Source of the DNA: Bacteroidales bacterium
Lineage (GTDB): Bacteria > Bacteroidota > Bacteroidia > Bacteroidales > B18-G4
Length of the DNA stretch: 64,000 bases
Assembly (NCBI GenBank): GCA_032250805.1
Contig: JAVVEM010000005.1
Location: 32,659-96,658, forward strand
Direction: 5' to 3'
Below, piece after piece: positions 40,614-48,629 of the stretch. The notes beneath the pieces were generated by a model. That model ran no database searches. It saw nothing but the letters and a program-made list of their open reading frames with translations, and was not told where the DNA came from. The position numbers and the translations under genes are program-made. Numbering within the stretch: the first letter of the stretch is position 1; the number at the start of each line of letters is the position of its first letter.

Positions 40614-41872
40614 GATTTCTTCGTTTTAATTCGTCCTTTACCCATCCAGAGCAGGTATAAACTGCCAATGAGAATCATAAAGATCCCTGTATATACCACT
40701 GGCAGCCAGGGATCCCTTACCAGTTCAATAATACTCTTTTTTGACCATCGCCCCATTAATTCATCGTACCCGGTCTGATAAATTTTCCAGCCATCAATTT
40801 TAACTGGTTTATTTACTTCAATATAAAAATCTTCATAATCGTCCATGCTTCGGTACAGGCGGATGTCGGAGCTGTATTTCTTTGGCCTGAGTTGGGTCAT
40901 GGCAACAGAAATGTCCTTATTGATTGCCAGCTGACTTGATGGCACGGCATAGCTGCCATCAGAAACCCAGCCTTTTGCCACCGTATCGCTGTATTGGTTG
41001 GTAACGATCACATAAACAGCTCTTGCGCCTCCCTCGCGGCTGGTGGTATCATAAACATCGCCATATTTCCGGGCAAACGGGATCACCTTTTCGAAAAATA
41101 GTGTGTATTCATCCAACTGATCCTGTTCACCTTCCACCACAGTGGCAAGTTTCCCTCCTTTTTCAAGAACAAGCGTGTAATCCTTGTTGTTCATGATGCC
41201 AAGTTCAGGCGGATAGGTCTCAATCTCAAAATCAAGGAGCATCATCCCAAAGCCCATATTATAGGTGTTTCCGTTTGCATCATAGGCGTTGATTGTTGGA
41301 TGTTTTTCTTCAAGTTGCATGCTGAGCCTCCACATATCGGATGAACCCAGCGAGGCGGCAACAATGACGATCCATAACCCTATGTGATTAAGCAAAAAAG
41401 AAATATTTTTCAGACTAAAATTATTTATTCTTCGTATGATCGTAAAACCCAGTACAACAAGTAAAAGCAGGGCGCTCATCAGGTAAGGCCAGCTACTTGT
41501 TACATGCGTAAGGCCCAGACTGTCGAGCAGGGATGGATCTGCAGAATTTACCCCCTGGGGGATAAACCCCAGCAACAATACAATGAATGTAAAAGCTGTG
41601 ATCGAAGCAATGGCTGCATAGGTGCTTGAAAGCCATTTTACAATGGGATGCTTTACGAGGTAATGGATCAGTATAAAATAAATAATAAAAATGAGTATGA
41701 TCGCAATATTGGCCGGCCAGGCAGGCATCCTCACACCACCGCCAAAAAGGAGTTGTATGAGGAATCCGGATAACAATACGAAAAAGGCGATAAGAAAACT
41801 CTCGCGATATCCCCAGGGAAATTGCCAGAGCCTGGATTTTTTCTTTTTATTGGGGTTTTTTTGGCTCATCAA
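40610..41872 (-). CDS. ccsB: system II cytochrome c biogenesis protein ResB/CcsB
   Basis: N-terminal TM bundle, a large periplasmic loop, a C-terminal TM (WLPVVYTGIFMILIGSLYLLW), and translational coupling to ccsA. Confidence 0.8.
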   Translation of the reverse strand: MMSQKNPNKKKKSRLWQFPWGYRESFLIAFFVLLSGFLIQLLFGGGVRMPAWPANIAIILIFIIYFILIHYLVKHPIVKWLSSTYAAIASITAFTFIVLLLGFIPQGVNSADPSLLDSLGLTHVTSSWPYLMSALLLLVVLGFTIIRRINNFSLKNISFLLNHIGLWIVIVAASLGSSDMWRLSMQLEEKHPTINAYDANGNTYNMGFGMMLLDFEIETYPPELGIMNNKDYTLVLEKGGKLATVVEGEQDQLDEYTLFFEKVIPFARKYGDVYDTTSREGGARAVYVIVTNQYSDTVAKGWVSDGSYAVPSSQLAINKDISVAMTQLRPKKYSSDIRLYRSMDDYEDFYIEVNKPVKIDGWKIYQTGYDELMGRWSKKSIIELVRDPWLPVVYTGIFMILIGSLYLLWMGKGRIKTKKS

Positions 41873-41936
41873 TTATGCTTTTGAAGGGACAAATGTAGTG
41901 AATAAACCGATTATTTCGGTATTGCAATACTTGTTT

Positions 41937-42806
41937 TTATTGACTTTTTGATCTTTTAATTTTGATCAGCTGGATCATGGCATAGATATAATGTCCCCAA
42001 ACTCCTGTTAACATGATGATCAATGTAATGATCATCCATAGGGGAGCAATTGGTGTCCAAAGTTCACGTGCCGGGCCTTCGGCTTGTATCAGTACTTTTG
42101 GCAAAGCCCAGTTGATCGTACCACTTACTTCAACATTTCCGTAGTCGTAATGATCTTCGAGCCTTGCCATTAACAAAACATTGCCTGCCGAATCGCCAAT
42201 AATAGTAGAAGGAAAATCTATGTAACCTGTTCCGTCTTCTTCAAACCAACCATCGGCGATCTTCATATCACTGAACATTCTCGGCACATAAAAATACAGA
42301 TCGTCGTCGGCCAAAGGGATATCTTCTTCTGCACCATGTATAACGCCTTCAAAATAAACCATTTTTTCTTCTCCGTCCTCTTCAAAAGCCAGACTGATGC
42401 TAACATCCTTCACCATCAGTTCTTCTTCAGCTTCATAATAGGCCTCATTGCCAGCAAAGCGGGCTTTAAAATGAATATATCCCTCCGCATCCTTTGCAAA
42501 GGCAATCCTTCCGTCAGGGATATTAAGTTCAGCAAGTCCATCTTCATTGCTTATCACATCATCAATCAAAATCTCCTCGCCATCAGCAACATATAAAAAA
42601 CTTACCGGCAGTCCCTCTGCAGCATACTCCCCCTTATCACCGTCGGATGTAATTTTTGCGATAAGCGACCTGCTCATGTCGCTGTATTTCCAGGTACTGA
42701 ACGCAAGATATATATCAGCTGGTTGTTCCTCCTGTGCCTGGATAACTCCCGTTAAACAATAGATAAACAGAAAAAGCAGGATAACATTTTTAATCTTTGT
42801 GCTCAT
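41937..42806 (-). CDS. hypothetical acidic periplasmic protein with signal peptide and C-terminal TM anchor
   Basis: MSTKIKNVILLFLFIYCLTGVIQAQ leader, a D/E-rich body, a C-terminal TM LWMIITLIIMLTGVWGHYIYAMI and a basic tail. No Cys or haem motifs. Confidence 0.55.
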   Translation of the reverse strand: MSTKIKNVILLFLFIYCLTGVIQAQEEQPADIYLAFSTWKYSDMSRSLIAKITSDGDKGEYAAEGLPVSFLYVADGEEILIDDVISNEDGLAELNIPDGRIAFAKDAEGYIHFKARFAGNEAYYEAEEELMVKDVSISLAFEEDGEEKMVYFEGVIHGAEEDIPLADDDLYFYVPRMFSDMKIADGWFEEDGTGYIDFPSTIIGDSAGNVLLMARLEDHYDYGNVEVSGTINWALPKVLIQAEGPARELWTPIAPLWMIITLIIMLTGVWGHYIYAMIQLIKIKRSKSQ

Positions 42807-42836
42807 GATCTTTTCATTTAAAGCATTTGTTGATCG

Positions 42837-44156
42837 CTATAATATTTCTTCGCCGGCTTCGTGTTCTTTTTCCTCCGAAACGGGAATAATGGGAATAAAG
42901 CGTGCTCCGATAGTGAAGAACAGGCAAAAGGCTGCCACTCCACCAATGGTTAATGCCCATTCAACCCATGTTCCGGTGTATGATATCCAGTCGATTCGTG
43001 CATCCTGAATCGGTAAATAAGGCGATTCAAGGGTTGGTATTACGATCAGGTAGCGGTTAAACCACAGCGCTATCACCACCACAACAGCCGTTATGGTAAT
43101 CATATTGATGGTCCTGAATTTACGAATGCCCACAACGATCAGCGGCATTAACACTCCGATATAATTAGAGACAATAAACATCAGGAAATATTTATCCAAC
43201 AGCAGGCGAATAAGTTTTTCATCATCTTTTTGCGATCCATACCATTTTGTAAGGTATTCACTAAAAGTGAAATACCCGAAAAAGGCTGCCAGAATAAGCA
43301 TCAGAACCCCGATGTTAACAAAATGTTTTTTGGTGAGGTATTTTTCCAGATGGTAAATCTTTCTGAAAAGCCACATGGCGATGATCAGTACTCCCGTTCC
43401 GGAATATACTGCTGCAATGACAAAATAGGGCCCGAAAATTGTGCTGTGCCATCCGGGTTGTAAAGTAACACTGAAGATCCATGCCAGCACTGAATAAACA
43501 ATAATGGCAATGGCGATTACCATGGCAGCCATAATGTCGGTGGCATTGTTAAGTCTTTTTTGTTGTTCAGGTGTTCCCGTATAACCAAGGGCAAGGATTT
43601 TATAAAGTTTTTTCCTCCATCTGGGGATTTTGAGATCCTTAAAATCGCGCAGGGCGGCAATATCCCTTAATACAGAGAGATAAAGAAAAATAATACAGCC
43701 GAATATATCGGTTGATATTGCAATAACGTCCCAGGTGATCGGGCTCTGTATTCTGCCATATAAAACAAGGTTAGGAAGTTTATCAAGCCGGCCGATGCAG
43801 AGCAAAATATAAAGAGGTCCGATAAACAGGGCGATGATTGTAATAAATTCAGCCATGCGTATAACAGGTTTGCGCCATGAAGTCCGAAACAAATGAAGCG
43901 TACCCGAGACAAGAGCTCCGGCATAACTTACTCCCATAAAGAAAATGAAGTTTACAATATAGATGCCCCATACAACATTATCGCGCATGCCTGTAACTAT
44001 ATGACCTTGTGTGATCTGGATAATGAGTGCATATATTCCCCAGATGATCAATAATGAGAGGAAGATGATCCATACAATCGACTTTGTCTTTGGTTTTTCA
44101 ACCTGGTCGCGAAATTCCCTGAGTTTTTCAAAACTGGCTACTGAAGTACTTTCCAT
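42837..44156 (-). CDS. NrfD/PsrC family integral-membrane quinone-interacting subunit
   Basis: ~10 TM helices. Positioned 3 nt after the NrfC-like gene. Length and hydrophobic pattern are typical of the polysulfide reductase NrfD family. Confidence 0.8.
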   Translation of the reverse strand: MESTSVASFEKLREFRDQVEKPKTKSIVWIIFLSLLIIWGIYALIIQITQGHIVTGMRDNVVWGIYIVNFIFFMGVSYAGALVSGTLHLFRTSWRKPVIRMAEFITIIALFIGPLYILLCIGRLDKLPNLVLYGRIQSPITWDVIAISTDIFGCIIFLYLSVLRDIAALRDFKDLKIPRWRKKLYKILALGYTGTPEQQKRLNNATDIMAAMVIAIAIIVYSVLAWIFSVTLQPGWHSTIFGPYFVIAAVYSGTGVLIIAMWLFRKIYHLEKYLTKKHFVNIGVLMLILAAFFGYFTFSEYLTKWYGSQKDDEKLIRLLLDKYFLMFIVSNYIGVLMPLIVVGIRKFRTINMITITAVVVVIALWFNRYLIVIPTLESPYLPIQDARIDWISYTGTWVEWALTIGGVAAFCLFFTIGARFIPIIPVSEEKEHEAGEEIL

Positions 44157-44159
44157 TGT

Positions 44160-45107
44160 TTACCCCCTTTTCTTTGCATAAGGTGTATCATCATATCTTT
44201 TCTTAATTTCCTCATCAAGGCTTTCGTAACCCCTGTCGACAGGGAACTGACGGTTTACAGGAGGAAGATAATATACGCTGGGTCTTGTGCCCAGGCCTTC
44301 GAGATAACGATATCCGCTACGGTCGCGGATAAGCTCACTGAAAGCAGCTGTTTCGGCACCATTTGTTACAGCATCCTCATCAATATCACCAAAATAGATT
44401 ACGCCCATCGGACAGGCCAGGAGGCAATACGGAAGCTTGTTTTCGCGCAAACGGTCGGCACAGAACACACATTTTGATACTGTCCCTTCCTGCCCGGGAA
44501 CGCTGTTTTCCGGATTATATACAATCGTATCATCATATTCTTCATGATCCTTCCAGGAAAAATTCCTGGCTGAATACGGGCAGCCGGTCATACAAAATTT
44601 GCAGCCAATACAGCGGTCATGATCAACAAGTACGATCCCATCAGTGCGTTTGTAGGTTGCCCCCACAGGGCAGACACTCACGCACAAAGGATTATCGCAC
44701 TGAAAACAAGGCTTTGGAAACCAATAAGGTGCCGTCTTTTCAGAGTCCTGCATGAGATATACTTTCATATATTCATGGTCTTTCGGCAAATGGTGTCCTT
44801 CCTGACAGGCTTCAACGCATTTACGTGCATTGTAGCATTTGGCGAGGTCGATCACCATCACGAATTTCCTTCCGGGGATACCCTGCCGGGCTTGTAGCTT
44901 GTATTCTTCCGAAGGTGTGATATCGGAAGCATCAACTTCAACAAGTTTACCGTCGGGTGTGAGGAGTTTTACCTTTTCGCCTGAACGTGGCTCTTTGCCA
45001 CATGACGACAGGACTCCTCCGGCTGCCAGGGCACCAGCCCCGGCCAGCAATCCCCTTCGGATAAATTCCCTCCGGGGATTATTTTGTTTATCCCTTTTGT
45101 TTTCCAT
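44160..45107 (-). CDS. Tat-exported 4x[4Fe-4S] ferredoxin-type subunit (NrfC/PsrB/HybA-like)
   Basis: Twin-arginine leader PRREFIRRGLLAGAGALAAGGVLSSC. Four Cys groups (CYNARKCVEAC, CFQCDNPLCVSVCP, CIGCKFCMTGCP, CVFCADRL...CLLACP). Confidence 0.88.
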   Translation of the reverse strand: MENKRDKQNNPRREFIRRGLLAGAGALAAGGVLSSCGKEPRSGEKVKLLTPDGKLVEVDASDITPSEEYKLQARQGIPGRKFVMVIDLAKCYNARKCVEACQEGHHLPKDHEYMKVYLMQDSEKTAPYWFPKPCFQCDNPLCVSVCPVGATYKRTDGIVLVDHDRCIGCKFCMTGCPYSARNFSWKDHEEYDDTIVYNPENSVPGQEGTVSKCVFCADRLRENKLPYCLLACPMGVIYFGDIDEDAVTNGAETAAFSELIRDRSGYRYLEGLGTRPSVYYLPPVNRQFPVDRGYESLDEEIKKRYDDTPYAKKRG

Positions 45108-45131
45108 AAATATGAATAATAATTATTGAAA

Positions 45132-45749
45132 TCAGTGTTTTTCGTGGTATCCGGTAAACATGCTGGCAAAATTGTTCAATGGTTTGGCGCCAATGGTAAT
45201 GAAATAAATATGAACAAACAGAAAGATGGAAACAACAAAACCCATGATCACGTGGACCAGGTCTGCCATGTGCAGGCTGGTTCCTCCAAAAAAGTCGAGC
45301 AGCAGCGTTTCGGGATATAATAATGCAATGCCTGTAATAATGATCACCGGAATGCAGATATACATGATGACAACATAACTGAAGCGTTGCAGGGGGTTGA
45401 ACTTATTATCTTCGGTAATTTCAAAAGGTGGTTTTTTGCCCTTAAAGATCTCAAAGATGTAATATCTGGCCTGTCGTGTAATATTTTTATAATAACTTTT
45501 TAATCTGAAAAGGTATTGCCGTCCGTTAGGAGTGACAAGATTGCCTACAAGAAAGAAAATATAACTGATTGTGAGCAATATACCCGAATAGTCATGAATG
45601 GCCACTGCCCAGTCGAAGCGTATGAATGGATATGCAGGATCAGAGTATTGCATGCTGATACCTGTAATGATCAGTAAGAGGCACAGAATAGCATTGAGCC
45701 AGTGCCAGAGGCGAACCCAAACAGGATATAAATATAGTTTATCAGCCAT
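45132..45749 (-). CDS. membrane b-type cytochrome (PhsC / HydC / Ni-Fe hydrogenase cytochrome b family-like)
   Basis: WVRLWHWLNAILCLLLIITG, with conserved His in TM helices (HW, IHD, LVHVIMG, HIYF). 8-nt overlap with the upstream heptahaem gene. Confidence 0.78.
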   Translation of the reverse strand: MADKLYLYPVWVRLWHWLNAILCLLLIITGISMQYSDPAYPFIRFDWAVAIHDYSGILLTISYIFFLVGNLVTPNGRQYLFRLKSYYKNITRQARYYIFEIFKGKKPPFEITEDNKFNPLQRFSYVVIMYICIPVIIITGIALLYPETLLLDFFGGTSLHMADLVHVIMGFVVSIFLFVHIYFITIGAKPLNNFASMFTGYHEKH

Positions 45750-46731
45750 TTTGTTTTTGTTTAATCGTTAAGCGTAAGATCGCATGAAGAGCAATGAATA
45801 GCAAAACAGCACCTGCAATAATGAGGCTTAGTTTATTGAGATATACATTTCTGTTTGCACCAATAACATAGCCTTCTTCAAGCAAAGCAGAATTTGTAAA
45901 ACCGGCTTTGGAGCGCTGATCAGTAAACTGCAGGCGGTATAATGATGCAAGTAACCTGGATTCTTTCGAGTGACAGTCGACGCAACGCTTGACAGCATTT
46001 TCCTTGGGCTGGACATTATGTCCGACAAGCATTTCATCATTGATCTCAACATGGCACTCAATGCACCTTACTTTCCTGAAATGCAGGCTTTGGTTCGGCA
46101 ACCACTCATGCGTTTTAATGATGTTTGGTTTTTCCTGTGTGGTGAGGAGCTCGTATTTATCAATATCAGCATGGCAATTCAGGCAGATTGCATTATCATA
46201 TTGAATAAATTCCTGCATATTTTCATTTGTGCGGGCATTGATTTTGTAGGTATGCGGATCATGGCACATCCAGCATGTAAATTCGTCTGAATGCAGGGAT
46301 GAATGCACGCTCTTGCGGAATTCCTCTTCAATACCTTCGAAATTATATTGTGCATAATTGTCGTCGCCACCGTGGCAGTCGATACATTCGTATATGGGTT
46401 CCATCCTGAGCTCACCGGAGTGTGGAAATTCGGCATAATCGGCTGAGTGGCAGTCTACACAACGAAAATTCCAATGATTCGATACGTAAAACTGGGCTGA
46501 ATCGATAATATAATACGGATTCATCCTTTCTTTTACATCCCTCTCAACCCAGTCATTATAATAGGAGTAATATTTTTGACCGTGACATTTAAGACAATCC
46601 TGGTTTTCTTCGAGGTATTCATAAACACGTTCCGTTTTTTCAACGGGGGTTTGTGAAGAAAGGGGTTGAATAATGGTAACAATCAGTAAAACAAGTACTG
46701 CCGGGGCGATAAACAGCAACAACCTTCGCAT
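45742..46731 (-). CDS. membrane-anchored heptahaem c-type cytochrome
   Basis: Seven CxxCH motifs (CLKCH, CVDCH, CIDCH, CWMCH, CLNCH, CIECH, CVDCH). N-terminal anchor MRRLLLFIAPAVLVLLIV and C-terminal TM LSLIIAGAVLLFIALHAIL. Start set at 46731 because the ORF-track extension runs through the terminator hairpin. Confidence 0.85.
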   Translation of the reverse strand: MRRLLLFIAPAVLVLLIVTIIQPLSSQTPVEKTERVYEYLEENQDCLKCHGQKYYSYYNDWVERDVKERMNPYYIIDSAQFYVSNHWNFRCVDCHSADYAEFPHSGELRMEPIYECIDCHGGDDNYAQYNFEGIEEEFRKSVHSSLHSDEFTCWMCHDPHTYKINARTNENMQEFIQYDNAICLNCHADIDKYELLTTQEKPNIIKTHEWLPNQSLHFRKVRCIECHVEINDEMLVGHNVQPKENAVKRCVDCHSKESRLLASLYRLQFTDQRSKAGFTNSALLEEGYVIGANRNVYLNKLSLIIAGAVLLFIALHAILRLTIKQKQNG

Positions 46732-46745
46732 AGCTTTTTGATTTG

Positions 46746-46779
46746 AAAAAAAAGGTGCCATTTTTATTAAATGGCACCT
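46746..46779 (-). terminator. intrinsic terminator between the monohaem cytochrome c gene and the heptahaem gene
   Basis: 11-bp perfect stem aggtgccattt (46753-46763) / aaatggcacct (46769-46779), loop ttatt. On the minus-strand transcript it is followed by a 7-U run (complement of A 46746-46752). Confidence 0.7.
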
Positions 46780-46796
46780 CAAACCTATTAACAATT

Positions 46797-47219
46797 CTAC
46801 TTCAGGGTTCTTAAGTAATTAATGATTGCCCATCGGTCTTCTTCTTCGGTGATCTTTTTTTCATAATTTGGCATTTCATTCCTTCCAATGATCGACTTAT
46901 AATAAAGTTCACCATCAGTGCCTGACTGAAATTCTTCTGAACTAAAATCTCCGGGAAAGGTTTCCAGTTGTTTGGCTTTGGGCCCGTCACCCAAGCCATC
47001 ATTGCCATGGCATGATTTACAATGCTTGCTATAAAGCATTTTTCCAACCTTGACCAGATCGGCGTCATCGGCATATGGATTTTCCATCTTCACATATTTT
47101 GAAGGGATATCCCAGGGCTCACCTTTTTTCTGGTCCTGTGGAAATGCAAATGCCATAAATATAAATGCAAACAGAATCGCAGATGCTATTCCAAGTACGT
47201 TAATTGTTTTTGTTTTCAT
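46797..47219 (-). CDS. monohaem class I c-type cytochrome, exported or anchored
   Basis: N-terminal hydrophobic segment; a single CKSCHGNDGLGDG motif; a distal Met candidate in GRNEMPNYE. Confidence 0.85.
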   Translation of the reverse strand: MKTKTINVLGIASAILFAFIFMAFAFPQDQKKGEPWDIPSKYVKMENPYADDADLVKVGKMLYSKHCKSCHGNDGLGDGPKAKQLETFPGDFSSEEFQSGTDGELYYKSIIGRNEMPNYEKKITEEEDRWAIINYLRTLK

Positions 47220-47282
47220 AATTTATGTTTTTAAATGATTATACAATAAAGGTAAAGGTACGAATTTTTTAGCGTTTCTCAA

Positions 47283-48155
47283 CTAAAAACTCCATAATCG
47301 TGTAATGGTAAAGCCAAAAAACAGATCGCCGTTCAGCCGCCAGTCGTTCTGATTTTCCATCATGGTATACTGCGGCGACAGGTCGGTGGCCGAGCTTACA
47401 AATATCTGAAAACAGTGTGTGCTGGTAGCGATCTCCCAGCCAATACCGAAGTTATCGTGTGGAGGGTTCGTGAGCGTTGTATGCTCCTGTATGCCTTTAA
47501 TGTCCAAGGGGATACCATAATTGAACACGATCGACGATTGTGCGGATAGGCGTGCACGCCCTGAAAAGGAAATACCAATTTTATCATGCTCCATTAATGA
47601 ATCCACCCTGTTTATATGACTGAAATTACCTGCTACCTGAACAGAAAGCCAATCGGTAAATTTCCTGGCTACGATCAGTTCTCCATAGTACGACAACCTG
47701 TTTGTAAACGTGTAGTCCTGGCCAAAATAGCTTTTATTCCTGCCATCAACACCCATATTGCCATATGCTGTAACGGCTACCGGTATTTTGTCGTCGCGTG
47801 TTTGTTCCAGAATGTTATACTTGACACGGAAGTCCTGGAGCTTACGCATTTTGGTGGTTCCGAAGCCAACAGATAATTTGTCGGTGATGCTGTAATTAAC
47901 TCCCAGCCTAACGTTGGTAGAGCCATAGATGCCAAAAAGGTTTGAAATATCCTCTATCCTGTCGAAACGGTGTTCGATCACAAATTCGAGGGTTTTGGCT
48001 GTAGGGATGTAACCTGTCTGGTGGTCGATCACTGTGGGGCAGGCAAAGGCCGGCCTTACAGGTTTGCTTTTAACTTTTGTTTTTTCATTTTCCTGGGCAC
48101 TGAGCATTAATGGCAGCACAAACAGGATGATAAGTATTATATTTAGTTTTTTCAT
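47283..48155 (-). CDS. DUF5777-like outer-membrane beta-barrel protein
   Basis: Start at MKKLNIILIILFVLPLMLSAQ (signal peptide). Amphipathic beta-strand pattern. C-terminal FGFTITRLWSF (terminal aromatic). Paralog of 38906-39802. Confidence 0.68.
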   Translation of the reverse strand: MKKLNIILIILFVLPLMLSAQENEKTKVKSKPVRPAFACPTVIDHQTGYIPTAKTLEFVIEHRFDRIEDISNLFGIYGSTNVRLGVNYSITDKLSVGFGTTKMRKLQDFRVKYNILEQTRDDKIPVAVTAYGNMGVDGRNKSYFGQDYTFTNRLSYYGELIVARKFTDWLSVQVAGNFSHINRVDSLMEHDKIGISFSGRARLSAQSSIVFNYGIPLDIKGIQEHTTLTNPPHDNFGIGWEIATSTHCFQIFVSSATDLSPQYTMMENQNDWRLNGDLFFGFTITRLWSF

Positions 48156-48178
48156 GCTCTGTAGTTTTTTGGTTACCA

Positions 48179-48550
48179 TTAATTGTTTTCTGCACCTTGC
48201 TTGATCCATGCCAGGATAATCTCTGCATCGGCCGGATTCTGAACGTAGGGTTTCATAGATCCTGTTGTCATGCTCGTGTAAATAATGCTTGACTCAGGAA
48301 TGTCGGTGTCTACATAATTTCCATTGATCAGGGCATTATAGGCATTCCCTTCAGACAGGTCAGGGGGGTTGGCTCCGGGGCCATGACAGATAGCTGTGTT
48401 GCATCCATTGTTGAAAACGGGCATCACATCAACCGAGAAGCTCACATTATCGGGGATCGTAACCTTTTCGGGCGTGATCCATTCATATTCGCATGAACTA
48501 AGCATGAAGGCTGCCATGACGAGAAGCATTAGAGCGCTGCGTATTTTCAT
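48179..48550 (-). CDS. small lipoprotein with a single Cx4CH cytochrome-c-like motif
   Basis: Lipobox AFMLSSCEYEW. VMPVFNNGCNTAICHGPGANPPDL. C-terminal ILAWIKQGAENN resembles the domain ends in the 37580-38291 pseudogene. Confidence 0.6.
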   Translation of the reverse strand: MKIRSALMLLVMAAFMLSSCEYEWITPEKVTIPDNVSFSVDVMPVFNNGCNTAICHGPGANPPDLSEGNAYNALINGNYVDTDIPESSIIYTSMTTGSMKPYVQNPADAEIILAWIKQGAENN

Positions 48551-48629
48551 ATCCTTTATCTTTTATGCGTTGAAATGAAAAAAGGCCTCAATCATTAACT
48601 GAAGCCCTTTTTCGCAACAATTATTATTA

